The notes: generated from the sequence alone by a model not told the origin. DNA of 64,000 nucleotides from Minisyncoccota bacterium (GCA_035491955.1 DATJJU010000015.1:30440-94439), one strand, 5' to 3'. Counted from the stretch's first letter, positions 37,980 to 48,463 are shown. A program made the numbers and translations.

Positions 37980-40900
37980 ATGAAGCCAAAACAGGCAAAA
38001 CCTGCCCATTATGATCACGCCAAGGTAGAAAAGAAGTGGCAGAAGGCTTGGGAAGAAAAGGGGACCTATAAAACTGAGGATCCCACCAAAAATAATAAAA
38101 AGCAAAAGAAAAAGATGTATGTCCTGGATATGTTCCCATATCCGTCTGGAGCAGGACTTCACGTTGGTCACCCTCGCGGCTATATCGGCAGCGACGTCTA
38201 TGCTCGCATGAAGCGCATGAATGGCTTCAATGTTTTGCATCCTATGGGCTTTGACTCATTCGGTTTGCCAGCCGAACAGTATGCTATTGCCACAGGTAAG
38301 CACCCTGGTCCTTTTACTGACAGTTTGGTGAAGCAATACAAAAAGCAGTTGGAAATCATCGGCTTCTCTTATGATTGGTCACGCGAAGTAGATACTCATC
38401 GTCCTGAGTATTACAAGTGGACGCAATGGATTTTCCTACAACTCTATGATGCTTGGTATGACAAAAAGAAAAACAAGGCCCGTACTATTGCTGAGCTTAT
38501 TGCTCTCTTTGAAAAAAGCGGTAACAGATCTGTGGATGCTGTAACCGATATAGAAGAAACATTTTCTGCAAAAGAGTGGAGGACATTTTCTCAGTTAGAA
38601 AAGCAAGAAATACTGATGCACTATCGCTTGGCATACGAAGGCTTCGGTGAAGTGAACTGGTCTGAAGATCTTGGTACAGTGCTAGCGAACGATGAGATTG
38701 TTGATGGTCCGAATGGTCCTGTGTCAGAACGCGGAGGATTTCCTGTTATCAAAAAAGCTATGCGTCAATGGTTCATGCGCATCACTGCCTATGCTGATCG
38801 TTTGCTTGAAGGCCTGGAAGATATTAATTGGCCAAACAATATAAAAGAGATTCAGAGAAATTGGATAGGAAGAAGTGAGGGGTCAGAGATAGAGTTTCAA
38901 TTAGTGGCTGCGCCGAAAGAACCTTTGGCTGGCCAGACCCCGCCCACACCCCATCCAAAGGTTCTTTCGTCTTCGCCACTAGGCTCAGTAGGAGTTTTTA
39001 CTACTCGACCAGATACATTGTTTGGTGTGACGTATATTGTCTTAGCTCCGGAACATGCTTTAGTAGAGGATTTGAAAAACGCTATTACAAACTGGTCTGA
39101 AGTAGAGAAATATATTAAAGATATTTCTAAGAAAGATGAAGCAGAGCGAACAAGTGCTGAAAAAGTAAAAACTGGCATCCAATTGAAAGGTATTACTGCG
39201 ATCAATCCAGCTAATGGCGAAGAGGTACCAGTATGGATTGCTGACTATGTCTTAGCTGGGTACGGCACTGGTGCAGTCATGGCTGTGCCGGCACACGATG
39301 AGCGCGACTTCGCATTTGCTACGAAATACAAGCTGCCGATCAAAGAAGTTATTCGCCCGGTTATTATTGATGACAAAAATCCCCATCAAAAAGGCAAGCC
39401 GCTTGTTAGCAGGAATGTAGTACATGCTCTTGTCTTTGATCCGAAGCAGAAAAAATATCTCATCATTCGAAATAAGAAATTCGGCTGGGATACTACTATC
39501 ATTGGAGGTATTGAAGGTGATGAAAATCCTGTTGATGCAGCATTGCGCGAATTGCGCGAAGAGACTGGATATATTGATCTCACTTTTAAACGACTGCTAG
39601 GAGGCACCACTAAGGCTGCATATTATACAAAGCACAAAGGAGAGAATCGTATTGCCGTTGCGCAGCCGGTGTATTTTGAACTAGCGAGTGATAAACGTGT
39701 TGCTATCGGTAATGATGAAGACGAAGCTAATGAAATTTTGTGGGTCAGTGCAAAAGATTTTGTGCCGGAAAAAATGGTTAATTCAGAATTTGCTATTTGG
39801 CTCGCCAGACTTTCAAATGAGCACGGGGCTGCATATACAGGTGAAGGTGAATTAATTAACTCGGATGACTTCAACGAGCTTTCTTCAGAAGAAGCAAAAA
39901 AAGCTATCACTGTATTTGTAAAAGGAAAGATTGTTACCAAATATAGAATGCGCGATGCCATCTTTGCTCGTCAGCGCTATTGGGGTGAGCCGATACCATT
40001 GCGCCACCAAACAAATGGATTGATCGCGCCTTTGAAAGAAAAAGAATTGCCACTCGAATTACCAAATGTGAAATCGTATCAGCCTGCAGGGACAGGAGAG
40101 AGCCCTTTAGCTTCAGTGAAGTCGTGGGTGAAGGAAGGATACGAAACCAATACTATGCCAGGCTGGGCAGGCTCCTCGTGGTATTTTTTGCGCTACATGG
40201 ATCCAGCAAACGCCAAGGCGTTTGCTGGTGAGAAAGCCTTGAACTACTGGAAAGATGTCGACATGTATGTCGGTGGAGCAGAACATGCCACAGGACACTT
40301 ACTCTATAGTCGTTTTTGGCACAAGTTCCTTTTTGATATGGGCTATGTACCGACCAAGGAACCATTTAAGACATTAAAAAATCAGGGACTTATTGGCGGA
40401 GCAGACGGCCGAAAAATGAGTAAGCGGTGGGGGAATGTTATAAATCCTGACGATGTTGTCAAAACATACGGTGCCGACTCTTTGCGTGTGTTTGAAATGT
40501 TTCTTGGTCCGTTTGAATCACATCTGCCATGGAGTACAGAAGGCATTATCGGATCGCGCCGTTTTATCGAGCGTGTTTGGCGCTTGGCGACGAGTGTTCG
40601 AATAGCGAATGAAGGTTCTACTCGTATCCTTCATAAAACTATCAAAAAAGTCACCGACGACATAGAAAATTTTGCGTTCAATACAGCAGTGTCATCGCTA
40701 ATGATTTGTTTAAATGAATTTGAAAAGTCAGGAGTGTCTGAAAAGGATTTTGTAATCTTTTTGCAGTTGCTTGCACCATTTGCTCCCCATGTTGCTGATG
40801 AGTTATGGAATGAGCTTGGCGGAAAAGGAAGTATCCATACTTCTGCATGGCCAAAACACAATCCGAAATACCTCGTTGAAAAAGAGGTAAGCATCGGCGT

Positions 40901-41072
40901 GCAGATCAATGGCAAGGTCAGAGGCGAGCTGACGATAGCGGCAGATGCTGACCAAAAATCAATTGAATCTGCCGCGCTGGCACTCCCTCGCATCCAAGAA
41001 TATCTGGCTGGAAAAACTGTCAAAAAGGTCATAGTTATCCCCGCCAAAATTGTTAGCATTGTGGTAGAATAA
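37980..41072 (+). CDS. leuS: leucyl-tRNA synthetase with an inserted complete Nudix hydrolase domain
   Basis: HIGH-type 'HVGHPRGY', the CP1 editing domain ('TTRPDTLFG', 'AVPAHDERDF') and 'KMSKRWGN' are present. Between the CP1 exit ('PIKEVIRP') and the 'NSDDFNEL' block lies a ~150-aa insert with a perfect Nudix box 'GGIEGDENPVDAALRELREETGY'. Confidence 0.93.
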   Translation: MKPKQAKPAHYDHAKVEKKWQKAWEEKGTYKTEDPTKNNKKQKKKMYVLDMFPYPSGAGLHVGHPRGYIGSDVYARMKRMNGFNVLHPMGFDSFGLPAEQYAIATGKHPGPFTDSLVKQYKKQLEIIGFSYDWSREVDTHRPEYYKWTQWIFLQLYDAWYDKKKNKARTIAELIALFEKSGNRSVDAVTDIEETFSAKEWRTFSQLEKQEILMHYRLAYEGFGEVNWSEDLGTVLANDEIVDGPNGPVSERGGFPVIKKAMRQWFMRITAYADRLLEGLEDINWPNNIKEIQRNWIGRSEGSEIEFQLVAAPKEPLAGQTPPTPHPKVLSSSPLGSVGVFTTRPDTLFGVTYIVLAPEHALVEDLKNAITNWSEVEKYIKDISKKDEAERTSAEKVKTGIQLKGITAINPANGEEVPVWIADYVLAGYGTGAVMAVPAHDERDFAFATKYKLPIKEVIRPVIIDDKNPHQKGKPLVSRNVVHALVFDPKQKKYLIIRNKKFGWDTTIIGGIEGDENPVDAALRELREETGYIDLTFKRLLGGTTKAAYYTKHKGENRIAVAQPVYFELASDKRVAIGNDEDEANEILWVSAKDFVPEKMVNSEFAIWLARLSNEHGAAYTGEGELINSDDFNELSSEEAKKAITVFVKGKIVTKYRMRDAIFARQRYWGEPIPLRHQTNGLIAPLKEKELPLELPNVKSYQPAGTGESPLASVKSWVKEGYETNTMPGWAGSSWYFLRYMDPANAKAFAGEKALNYWKDVDMYVGGAEHATGHLLYSRFWHKFLFDMGYVPTKEPFKTLKNQGLIGGADGRKMSKRWGNVINPDDVVKTYGADSLRVFEMFLGPFESHLPWSTEGIIGSRRFIERVWRLATSVRIANEGSTRILHKTIKKVTDDIENFAFNTAVSSLMICLNEFEKSGVSEKDFVIFLQLLAPFAPHVADELWNELGGKGSIHTSAWPKHNPKYLVEKEVSIGVQINGKVRGELTIAADADQKSIESAALALPRIQEYLAGKTVKKVIVIPAKIVSIVVE

Positions 41073-41077
41073 GCATT

Positions 41078-43462
41078 ATGTATCAGAATACCATTCGCAA
41101 ATTTAACATTATTTCTTTTAGTATTATCACTGGTCTTTGCATACTTTTGCCGTTCTTTTTTCTTCCCGCAACCTTGAGCGGTCTTGGAGCGACTAAGGCC
41201 GTCCTCTTATATGTTGCAGTATTCTTGGCATTCTCATTTTGGCTTATCGCGCAATTTCTAGAAGGAACATTCAAAGTTCCAAAACACAAAGCGTTGCTTG
41301 CTCTCGGTATTTGGGTAGTGCTCGCATTTGTTGGAGCGCTGACATCAAAGAACGTAAACGTGTCACTGTGGGGCAGAGGCTTTGCGCTGGATTCATTTGC
41401 AACCGTTCTTGTGATCGGACTCTTTACTTTTCTTGTTGCATCCTTTGCTCGCGATCAGCGTCGCTTAGTTCAGCTTTTCCTCGCCGCCTTTGGCGGTTCT
41501 GTTATTACAGTATTTCTTCAGGTTATTCTGTATGCTTGTCGGAATATCTCGTTTGTTTCAAAATATCTTGCTCATGTTACGACGCAAGGCACATTGGTCG
41601 GTTCTTGGATAGATTTTGCATACTTTGTCATCTTCACATTCCTTCTGGCCTTGATGATGTTTGAAGTGCTTGCTCCAAAAGGCCTCTTTAAAAAGCTGTC
41701 ACTTTTTGCCATCATTCTTTCGTTGGTTGTATTGGTATTCTTGAATTTCTCATTGGCATGGGTCATTACGATCGCTTCTGCATTGCTTGTCTTCGTGTAT
41801 AAGTCTTCTGTCGAGCGCTCACTTTCGAAAATGTTTGCTGCTAAGCGCGGTACTGACCAAGAGCTTGAAGGGGATCCCTCACAGCGTTTTCCTCTAATGT
41901 CTTTCATCTCGTTATTGGTGGGACTATTCTTCTTCTTGAGCAATGGTTCAATCGGTGCAAGTATCGCTCGTTCCGTTGGCATTTCATTTACTGATATCCG
42001 TCCTTCATTTGGCACTACTATGCATGTCATGCGCGCTTCATTAGCTCACAATCCTATCTTTGGAGCAGGCGCTGGCCGTTTTGCTGATGCATGGAATTTG
42101 TACCACCCGCTCACTATCAATAGCACCGTCTTCTGGAATACATCATTTGATACAGGGTACAGCTTCTTGCAGTCTATCTTCACTACCAACGGTATCTTGC
42201 CAACCCTCTTTCTTTTGGCTGCGTTGGTGCTTGTTATCATGCACGGTTTTAAGCTTTTCAATTATCAGTTTCCAGATCGCTTCAGCCGTTTCATTGGTGT
42301 AGCATCGGTGATCACTGTTGTAGCATTCCTATGCTTGATCATCTTTGCTTCTCCTGGCCTGGTTCTTGTCACTATCGGCTTCCTTTACTTCGGCCTACTG
42401 CTCGGTGTTTCAACATTGGTAGGCAAGACTAAACTTACCTCGTTTAACTACCTCCAAGATCCTCGCGCAAGCTTCTTCGCTATCCTGGCTATCGTGGTAG
42501 CTGCTATGGCAGGGTTCTCAGCGGTCTATTTCAGCGGCAATCGTTTCGCTAGTGTTATCTATTACAACCGTGCTCTTGCGGCACAAGATCAAGCCACTGC
42601 TCTCGATCGTTTGAACAAATCTATTTCTCTTTCCCCGAACGATATTTATTGGCGTACACGCACTCAGCTCTTTACCGGTGAATTTAATACGGCAGCACAT
42701 CAGACGAGTCCTGATAAAAGCCAGCTTCAATCACTCTTTAGTGGTGCAGAACAAAGTGCTCAAGGAGCAGTAGCGTGGGATCAGCACACGGCTGATAACT
42801 GGCTTGCACTTAGTCAGGTCTATCAATTGGTAGCAAATGCTCAAAACGCCGATGCATATACGCAAGGCAAAGCTGCTGCGGATCAAGCCATTGCTCTTAA
42901 TCCTAGCAACCCTGTCTACACGTTGAACGAGGCACAGCTCGCGCTGACAAAGCAGGATACAAGTAGCGCACTAAGCTATATTTCAAAAGCTTTGTCTTTG
43001 AAGCGAGATTATCTCGATGCATATGTTTTGAAGGCTCAGATTGAACTATCACAAGGGGATACCAATGCAGGCGTACGTGAAATGACTGCATACACACAAG
43101 TTGCGCCATATGATGATCAAGGATACCTATTGCTCGGCCAAGTACAGTTGCAGCAAAAAGATTATAACGATGCTCTGTTCGCATTTGCACGCGCTCGCGA
43201 TCTTGCTCCAACCAATCCAAACGACTACATCCAATACATCAGCGCCCTGGAAACTGCAGGACAAAATGCACAAGCTATCAGCGCTCTCCAAGACTTCCAT
43301 AAGCGCTTCCCAAATATTAACGGTGTTGATCAACAAATACAGCGACTACAGAATATGCCTACGCAGTCTAATCCTCTTGTTGCTCCTACTGCAGCAAACA
43401 CTGTTCCCTCTATCACTACCAACGCTTCTTCTGACGCTGCTACAGCGAAAAAGAAGAAGTAG
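41078..43462 (+). CDS. O-antigen ligase (Wzy_C)-like polytopic membrane protein with C-terminal TPR repeats
   Basis: About 12 TM helices. A Wzy_C-like loop 'HNPIFGAGAGRFADAW' and C-terminal TPR-like repeats are present. Confidence 0.55.
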   Translation: MYQNTIRKFNIISFSIITGLCILLPFFFLPATLSGLGATKAVLLYVAVFLAFSFWLIAQFLEGTFKVPKHKALLALGIWVVLAFVGALTSKNVNVSLWGRGFALDSFATVLVIGLFTFLVASFARDQRRLVQLFLAAFGGSVITVFLQVILYACRNISFVSKYLAHVTTQGTLVGSWIDFAYFVIFTFLLALMMFEVLAPKGLFKKLSLFAIILSLVVLVFLNFSLAWVITIASALLVFVYKSSVERSLSKMFAAKRGTDQELEGDPSQRFPLMSFISLLVGLFFFLSNGSIGASIARSVGISFTDIRPSFGTTMHVMRASLAHNPIFGAGAGRFADAWNLYHPLTINSTVFWNTSFDTGYSFLQSIFTTNGILPTLFLLAALVLVIMHGFKLFNYQFPDRFSRFIGVASVITVVAFLCLIIFASPGLVLVTIGFLYFGLLLGVSTLVGKTKLTSFNYLQDPRASFFAILAIVVAAMAGFSAVYFSGNRFASVIYYNRALAAQDQATALDRLNKSISLSPNDIYWRTRTQLFTGEFNTAAHQTSPDKSQLQSLFSGAEQSAQGAVAWDQHTADNWLALSQVYQLVANAQNADAYTQGKAAADQAIALNPSNPVYTLNEAQLALTKQDTSSALSYISKALSLKRDYLDAYVLKAQIELSQGDTNAGVREMTAYTQVAPYDDQGYLLLGQVQLQQKDYNDALFAFARARDLAPTNPNDYIQYISALETAGQNAQAISALQDFHKRFPNINGVDQQIQRLQNMPTQSNPLVAPTAANTVPSITTNASSDAATAKKKK

Positions 43463-43465
43463 TAC

Positions 43466-45172
43466 ATGGTCTCCAAGATAATAAAATTTTTAAACCGCGA
43501 TCTTTTTACTATGAACCAGGCTGCCCTGGTTCTTGCGGTTTTTTCTTTTCTTTCTCAAGTTTTCGGCCTCTTGCGCGATCACTTACTGGCTTCTCTCGTC
43601 GGTCCTGGTACTAGCCTTGATACATACTATGCGGCCTTTCGTATTCCTGACCTGGTATACAACTCATTCGGCATGTTCTTTTCTGTGACCGTCTTGATTC
43701 CTTTTATCGCACAGTATGTAGAACAGGAAAAAATAGATGGGCACAATGGCGCTATGAAGCGTTTCCTCAATAGCATTTTCAGTGTCTTTATGATCGGCAT
43801 GGTCGCACTATCATTGATATTGATCATACTGATGCCATGGCTTACTCGTGTCATAGCACCAGGATTTAATGGTGCTGAACATATGCACCTTGTCTTCTAT
43901 TCTCGCATCATGCTGATCTCGCCGTTACTTTTTGGTCTTGCAAGCTTGCTTAGTTCCTTCTCTCAGGTACAGAAAAAATTCTTTGCCTTTGCTATTGCGC
44001 CAGTCATGTATAATTTCGGTATCTTGCTTGGCATTGTGGCATTACGACCAATCTTCGGAATAACCGGCGTGGTTTTCGGCGTAGTGATTGGCGCTATTTT
44101 GTACTTTGGCGTACAGGTGCCGACATTGATCAAATTGGGGAAAATACCAAAATTTACATTCGGTATTGATTGGCCAACGATCAAGAGGGTCATCCTTTTA
44201 TCATTGCCGCGAACACTGAGTTCTTCTCTAAACTACATCACCTTCATTATCATCGGCGCTTTTGCTTCATTGCTTGCAGCCGGCTCTATTTCTATTTTTC
44301 AATTTTCATACAATATAGAAAACACTCCGTTGCTTATTATTGGCGTATCGTATGCTGTCGCAGCATTTCCTGCTATGACCAAAGTCTATGCAGCAGGGGA
44401 TAAGAAAGAGCTGATGAATATTTTGTATCGTACAACGCGAAATATTTTCTTTCTCTGCATTCCTGTATCACTGCTCATGATTATCTTGCGCGCTCATATC
44501 GTACGACTATTGCTCGGTGCAGGGGTATTCTCATGGAACGATACGCGCTTGGTAGCGGCAGCTGTGGCATTATTCGCACTGTCTATCGTGGCGCAGTCTC
44601 TGGAACTCCTTCTCATCAGAGCATTCTTTGCCATAGGAGACACCAAGACACCGCTTATCATTAACAGCTGGTCTACTGTCCTGACTATTGGCTCTGCTGT
44701 CGGATTGGTATTTTTTTATCACTACAATTTCTTCTTTAATGCTTTTATAAACAGCCTGATGCGCATTGACGGTACGGTAGGGGCGAGCGTTATATTGCTG
44801 CCGCTCGGATTTTCAATAGGAGAAAGTATTAATGCCTGGGCACTGTGGGTGGCATTCAAGAAGAAGCTACAAGTATCAAAAAGCGAAGATAGGACATTTA
44901 CGCGCAATATCATGTATATGATAGAAGCAAGTATTCTGGCTGCCGCAGCAGCATACGGCATGCTTATGGTGACAGGGGGCAATACGGTAGTGCAAACGCG
45001 CTTCTTCGGAGTACTTCTTCAGGCAGTTATTGCAACGGCAGTGGGCGCAGCAGTCTACGGTATCGTACTGAAAGCACTGCGCAATGAAGATCTTGCACTG
45101 TTTATGGAAACTGCAAAATCCCGCTTCTGGAAGCAGAAACCTGTCGTTGTTCAAGAACAGCAGGAACTATAA
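43466..45172 (+). CDS. murJ: lipid II flippase MurJ (MviN)
   Basis: A 14-TM MOP-family protein with the N-terminus 'LLRDHLLASLVGPGTSLDTYYAAFRIPD'. Confidence 0.85.
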   Translation: MVSKIIKFLNRDLFTMNQAALVLAVFSFLSQVFGLLRDHLLASLVGPGTSLDTYYAAFRIPDLVYNSFGMFFSVTVLIPFIAQYVEQEKIDGHNGAMKRFLNSIFSVFMIGMVALSLILIILMPWLTRVIAPGFNGAEHMHLVFYSRIMLISPLLFGLASLLSSFSQVQKKFFAFAIAPVMYNFGILLGIVALRPIFGITGVVFGVVIGAILYFGVQVPTLIKLGKIPKFTFGIDWPTIKRVILLSLPRTLSSSLNYITFIIIGAFASLLAAGSISIFQFSYNIENTPLLIIGVSYAVAAFPAMTKVYAAGDKKELMNILYRTTRNIFFLCIPVSLLMIILRAHIVRLLLGAGVFSWNDTRLVAAAVALFALSIVAQSLELLLIRAFFAIGDTKTPLIINSWSTVLTIGSAVGLVFFYHYNFFFNAFINSLMRIDGTVGASVILLPLGFSIGESINAWALWVAFKKKLQVSKSEDRTFTRNIMYMIEASILAAAAAYGMLMVTGGNTVVQTRFFGVLLQAVIATAVGAAVYGIVLKALRNEDLALFMETAKSRFWKQKPVVVQEQQEL

Positions 45173-45194
45173 AAGTATGGTATAGTCAGGCCAC

Positions 45195-46985
45195 ATGAAG
45201 CTCAAAAACATTAGAAATTTCAGCATTATTGCGCATATTGATCACGGCAAGTCCACTCTGGCAGACCGCATGCTTGAGGTCACAGGAACCATTGAGGCAC
45301 GCAAAATGCGCGATCAAGTTCTCGACAATATGGAGCTTGAACGGGAACGCGGCATTACTATCAAGATGCAGCCTGTTCGTATGCTTTGGAATTCATACAT
45401 GCTCAATCTTATTGATACTCCCGGCCACATCGACTTTTCATACGAGGTTTCCCGTGCCCTGAAAGCTGTTGAGGGTTCATTGCTTTTAGTGGACTCAACG
45501 CAGGGCGTGCAGGCTCAAACGCTTACCACGCTGGCTATGGCTCGTGAGTCAGGTCTAGTTATTATTCCATGTCTTACAAAAGTTGATTCACCATTGGCGC
45601 GCATTGAAGAAACAACATTGGAAATCTGCAAGCTTATCGGTTGTGATATTGATGATGTATTAAAAGTTTCCGGAAAAACAGGCGAGGGTGTGAAAGAGTT
45701 GCTGCAAGCGATTGTTGATCGCATCCCTGCTCCTGCCGAGCCAACCGAAGAGATTGGTACAAAAACCCAAGCACTCGTCTTTGATTTTAGTTATTCGAAC
45801 CATAAAGGAGTTATCGTCTTTGTGCGAATGTTTGGTGGGCGAGTGGCAAAAGGCGACACATTACTCTTCGCTGCAAGTAAACAGCAGTTTCAAGCGCTGG
45901 AGGTAGGAGTCTTTACTCCCGATGCAACAGCTCAAGATACAATTGAGTCCGGTACTATTGGCTACATTGTGACAGGTATCAAGCAGCCGGGTATTGCTTC
46001 TGTCGGTGATACGATTGTTTCTTCAAAGAACAGCGCCGTTGCATTGCCAGGTTATAGCCAACCTCGTCCTGTAGTATGGGCTTCTATTTATCCTGAGAGT
46101 CAGGACGACTTTGATGAGCTTCGCATGGCATTGGGCCGCCTTCGCTTATCTGACTCGGCGTTTTCTTTTGAAGAAGAAGTATCAGGAGCATTGGGTCGCG
46201 GCTACCGCTGTGGCTTCTTGGGTATGTTGCACTTGGAGATTATCACTGAGCGTCTTCGTCGTGAGTTCAATCTGGAGCTGATTGTGACCATGCCATCTAT
46301 TACGTATGAAATTGAAACACGCAAACACGAGCGCATCATTGTGTACTCTCCGCACCTTTTCCCGGACGACGGCACTATCACCACTGTTTATGAACCCTGG
46401 GTAAATGTCTCTATTATTACTCCTGAGAGCTATGTAGGGGTGCTCATGCCGTTTCTCTATGAGCACGAAGCAACGGTGGAAGACATGGAACAATTTGGTG
46501 ATGACCGTGCTAAGATCGCAGCGGTCATGCCGCTCCGTGAATTGATGCGCAATTTCTTTGACGGGATGAAGAGCCTTACCTCTGGGTATGCATCTATTGC
46601 CTATGAGCAGGGAGCATTACGCGAGGCTGATGTGGTGCGCATGGATATCATTATTGGCGATGAAGAACAGCATGCATTTACTCGCATTGTTTCTCGTCGT
46701 CGCCTGCAAGACGAAGCCGAAGAGTTTGTTGAGCGTCTCGAAAGGATCATGCCTCGCCAGCAGGTGGTGATGAAGATTCAAGCAAGAGCCTTGGGAAAAA
46801 TCATTGCCTCACGCACGCTAAAAGCTTTTCGAAAGGATGTTACCGCTCATTTATATGGCGGAGACTACTCTCGAAAACTCAAGCTTTTGGAAAAACAAAA
46901 GAAAGGAAAGAAGAAGATGCGGGAGAACATGAATGTTAACATTCCGCACGACGTCTTTATTAAAGTAATGAAGCAAACTGACTAG
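45195..46985 (+). CDS. lepA: elongation factor 4
   Basis: GTPase motifs 'AHIDHGKST', 'DTPGH', and a LepA C-terminal domain. Confidence 0.95.
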   Translation: MKLKNIRNFSIIAHIDHGKSTLADRMLEVTGTIEARKMRDQVLDNMELERERGITIKMQPVRMLWNSYMLNLIDTPGHIDFSYEVSRALKAVEGSLLLVDSTQGVQAQTLTTLAMARESGLVIIPCLTKVDSPLARIEETTLEICKLIGCDIDDVLKVSGKTGEGVKELLQAIVDRIPAPAEPTEEIGTKTQALVFDFSYSNHKGVIVFVRMFGGRVAKGDTLLFAASKQQFQALEVGVFTPDATAQDTIESGTIGYIVTGIKQPGIASVGDTIVSSKNSAVALPGYSQPRPVVWASIYPESQDDFDELRMALGRLRLSDSAFSFEEEVSGALGRGYRCGFLGMLHLEIITERLRREFNLELIVTMPSITYEIETRKHERIIVYSPHLFPDDGTITTVYEPWVNVSIITPESYVGVLMPFLYEHEATVEDMEQFGDDRAKIAAVMPLRELMRNFFDGMKSLTSGYASIAYEQGALREADVVRMDIIIGDEEQHAFTRIVSRRRLQDEAEEFVERLERIMPRQQVVMKIQARALGKIIASRTLKAFRKDVTAHLYGGDYSRKLKLLEKQKKGKKKMRENMNVNIPHDVFIKVMKQTD

Positions 46986-47112
46986 TGAGTCAGGAGAGGA
47001 ATAATGGTAAACAGAAGCATCCCGACAATCATGATGACGGAAAATATTTTCCATGCCAAATCTACCTTTTTTCTGTTATGATTGAATAGCATAACCCTCA
47101 TGCTACCACGCT

Positions 47113-47517
47113 ATGGCAAAAAAGCAATTTCAGCAAACAATCCATGAACCAGTCTCATCCAAGCGCCTTTTAGGGGCTGCGGTAGCGCTCATAATCTTCT
47201 TTTTATTGTTGATGTCAGTTATTCGTTTGGCGGATAAATTTTTCACCATCAAAGCTCGAAGCAAGGAATTGAAAGAAGAGCAGGCTACTCTGACCTCCAA
47301 TCAAAATGAGCTGGTGGCTACCAATTCTTTCTTATCCACGCCAGAAGGCACAGAGGAGTCTCTGAGAGAGCGGTATGACTACTTGAAGCCAGGGGAGGAA
47401 ATGATCATTGTCAGCCCTAATACTGAGGCTACACCACCTCCAGCGCCTCAGCAGACAGGGGTAGCCTATTGGTGGGATGAATTATTAAGAGGCTTAGGCC
47501 TGCGAAAGTCCCCGTAG
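47113..47517 (+). CDS. FtsB/DivIC-like septum formation initiator
   Basis: One TM helix, a coiled coil and the motif 'EESLRERYDYLKPGEEMIIV'. Confidence 0.5.
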   Translation: MAKKQFQQTIHEPVSSKRLLGAAVALIIFFLLLMSVIRLADKFFTIKARSKELKEEQATLTSNQNELVATNSFLSTPEGTEESLRERYDYLKPGEEMIIVSPNTEATPPPAPQQTGVAYWWDELLRGLGLRKSP

Positions 47518-47598
47518 GCCCTGAGCAAACCGAAGGGTTGACGACAATGCTATACTATAAGTATAGAAGATGAATTAATAGGAAAAAGAGTTATTACT

Positions 47599-47856
47599 AT
47601 GAAAGATGTAACAATCTATACAACCAATACCTGCCATTTCTGCAACTTAGCAAAGGCTTTCTTCAAGGAGCACAATGTTGCGTATACTGAATACAATGTC
47701 GGTACTGACGTCGAAAAGCGCCAGGAAATGATCAATATGACTCATCAGCTCGGTGTACCTGTTATCGTAGTGGGCGACACAGCAATGGTTGGATTTCAAG
47801 AAAATAAGGTAGCAGAATTGCTCGGCATCAATCAAACAATGCCAATGGCGGCTTAA
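47599..47856 (+). CDS. glutaredoxin-like protein (NrdH/YruB type)
   Basis: 'TCHFC' CxxC motif in an 85-aa thioredoxin fold. Confidence 0.7.
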   Translation: MKDVTIYTTNTCHFCNLAKAFFKEHNVAYTEYNVGTDVEKRQEMINMTHQLGVPVIVVGDTAMVGFQENKVAELLGINQTMPMAA

Positions 47857-47891
47857 TGGTCATCAGACCCTGAGGGGCGTAGTCCCGAAGG

Positions 47892-47963
47892 GCTCTTGTA
47901 GTTAAATGGATATAACTGCTCCGTCCTAAGGAGTAATTGTCAGTTCGATTCTGGCCAAGAGCA
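47892..47963 (+). tRNA. tRNA-Arg (anticodon CCU)
   Basis: GCTCTTGTAGTTAAATGGATATAACTGCTCCGTCCTAAGGAGTAATTGTCAGTTCGATTCTGGCCAAGAGCA. Its D-arm and anticodon arm closely resemble E. coli tRNA-Arg(CCU). Confidence 0.85.
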
Positions 47964-47964
47964 C

Positions 47965-47998
47965 AAAGAAAATACCCTTAACGGGGTATTTTCTTTGT
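47965..47998 (+). terminator. intrinsic terminator
   Basis: AAAGAAAATACCC-ttaacg-GGGTATTTTCTTT. Confidence 0.65.
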
Positions 47999-48046
47999 GC
48001 TCTTAAATTAAATAGCCACATGTAGCTGATTTGTTATAATTAGGGC

Positions 48047-48334
48047 ATGGATCCCGATTTAGAAGCACGTCTCGATAACATAGAAAAAATGGTTAGCGAT
48101 AACAACAAGATGCTTACTCGCATGCGTCAGGTTCAGCGCAGAGCGGCATATGTGAGAATCTTGTACTGGGTTATTGGTATCATTTTGGCTATTGCCGCCT
48201 GGTACTACGTACAGCCGTATTTCGAGTCCGTAACGAACGAATATAACACTCTGACAGGAAAAAATACCTCTGGTACCACTACACCTCCGGGCGAGATTAT
48301 GAACCTTATAAATCAGTATACGGGGACGAAGTAG
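48047..48334 (+). CDS. hypothetical small membrane protein (1 TM)
   Basis: The plus-strand ORF contains a predicted TM helix, whereas the overlapping 48059..48430 minus-strand ORF is Cys/Arg-rich low-complexity sequence. Confidence 0.35.
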   Translation: MDPDLEARLDNIEKMVSDNNKMLTRMRQVQRRAAYVRILYWVIGIILAIAAWYYVQPYFESVTNEYNTLTGKNTSGTTTPPGEIMNLINQYTGTK

Positions 48335-48463
48335 CGTTGCTTTTCGGGGGTTTTTGCGGTATATTTGGGTCTGCTCATGTAAGATCTGTACCGGTATACA
48401 GATCTTTCCTGAGCTTCGTTCGGACGTCACAGAAATATAAATATTTCTGTGCGCTCCTCATTC

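Noticed and set aside
38897-41059. Antisense ORFs within leuS
   Set aside because: They overlap the conserved LeuRS frame.
48059-48430. 123-aa minus ORF overlapping 48047..48334(+)
   Set aside because: It has a Cys/Arg/Ser-rich composition with no TM helix or motif. The plus-strand ORF has a plausible TM helix, and a hairpin follows it.
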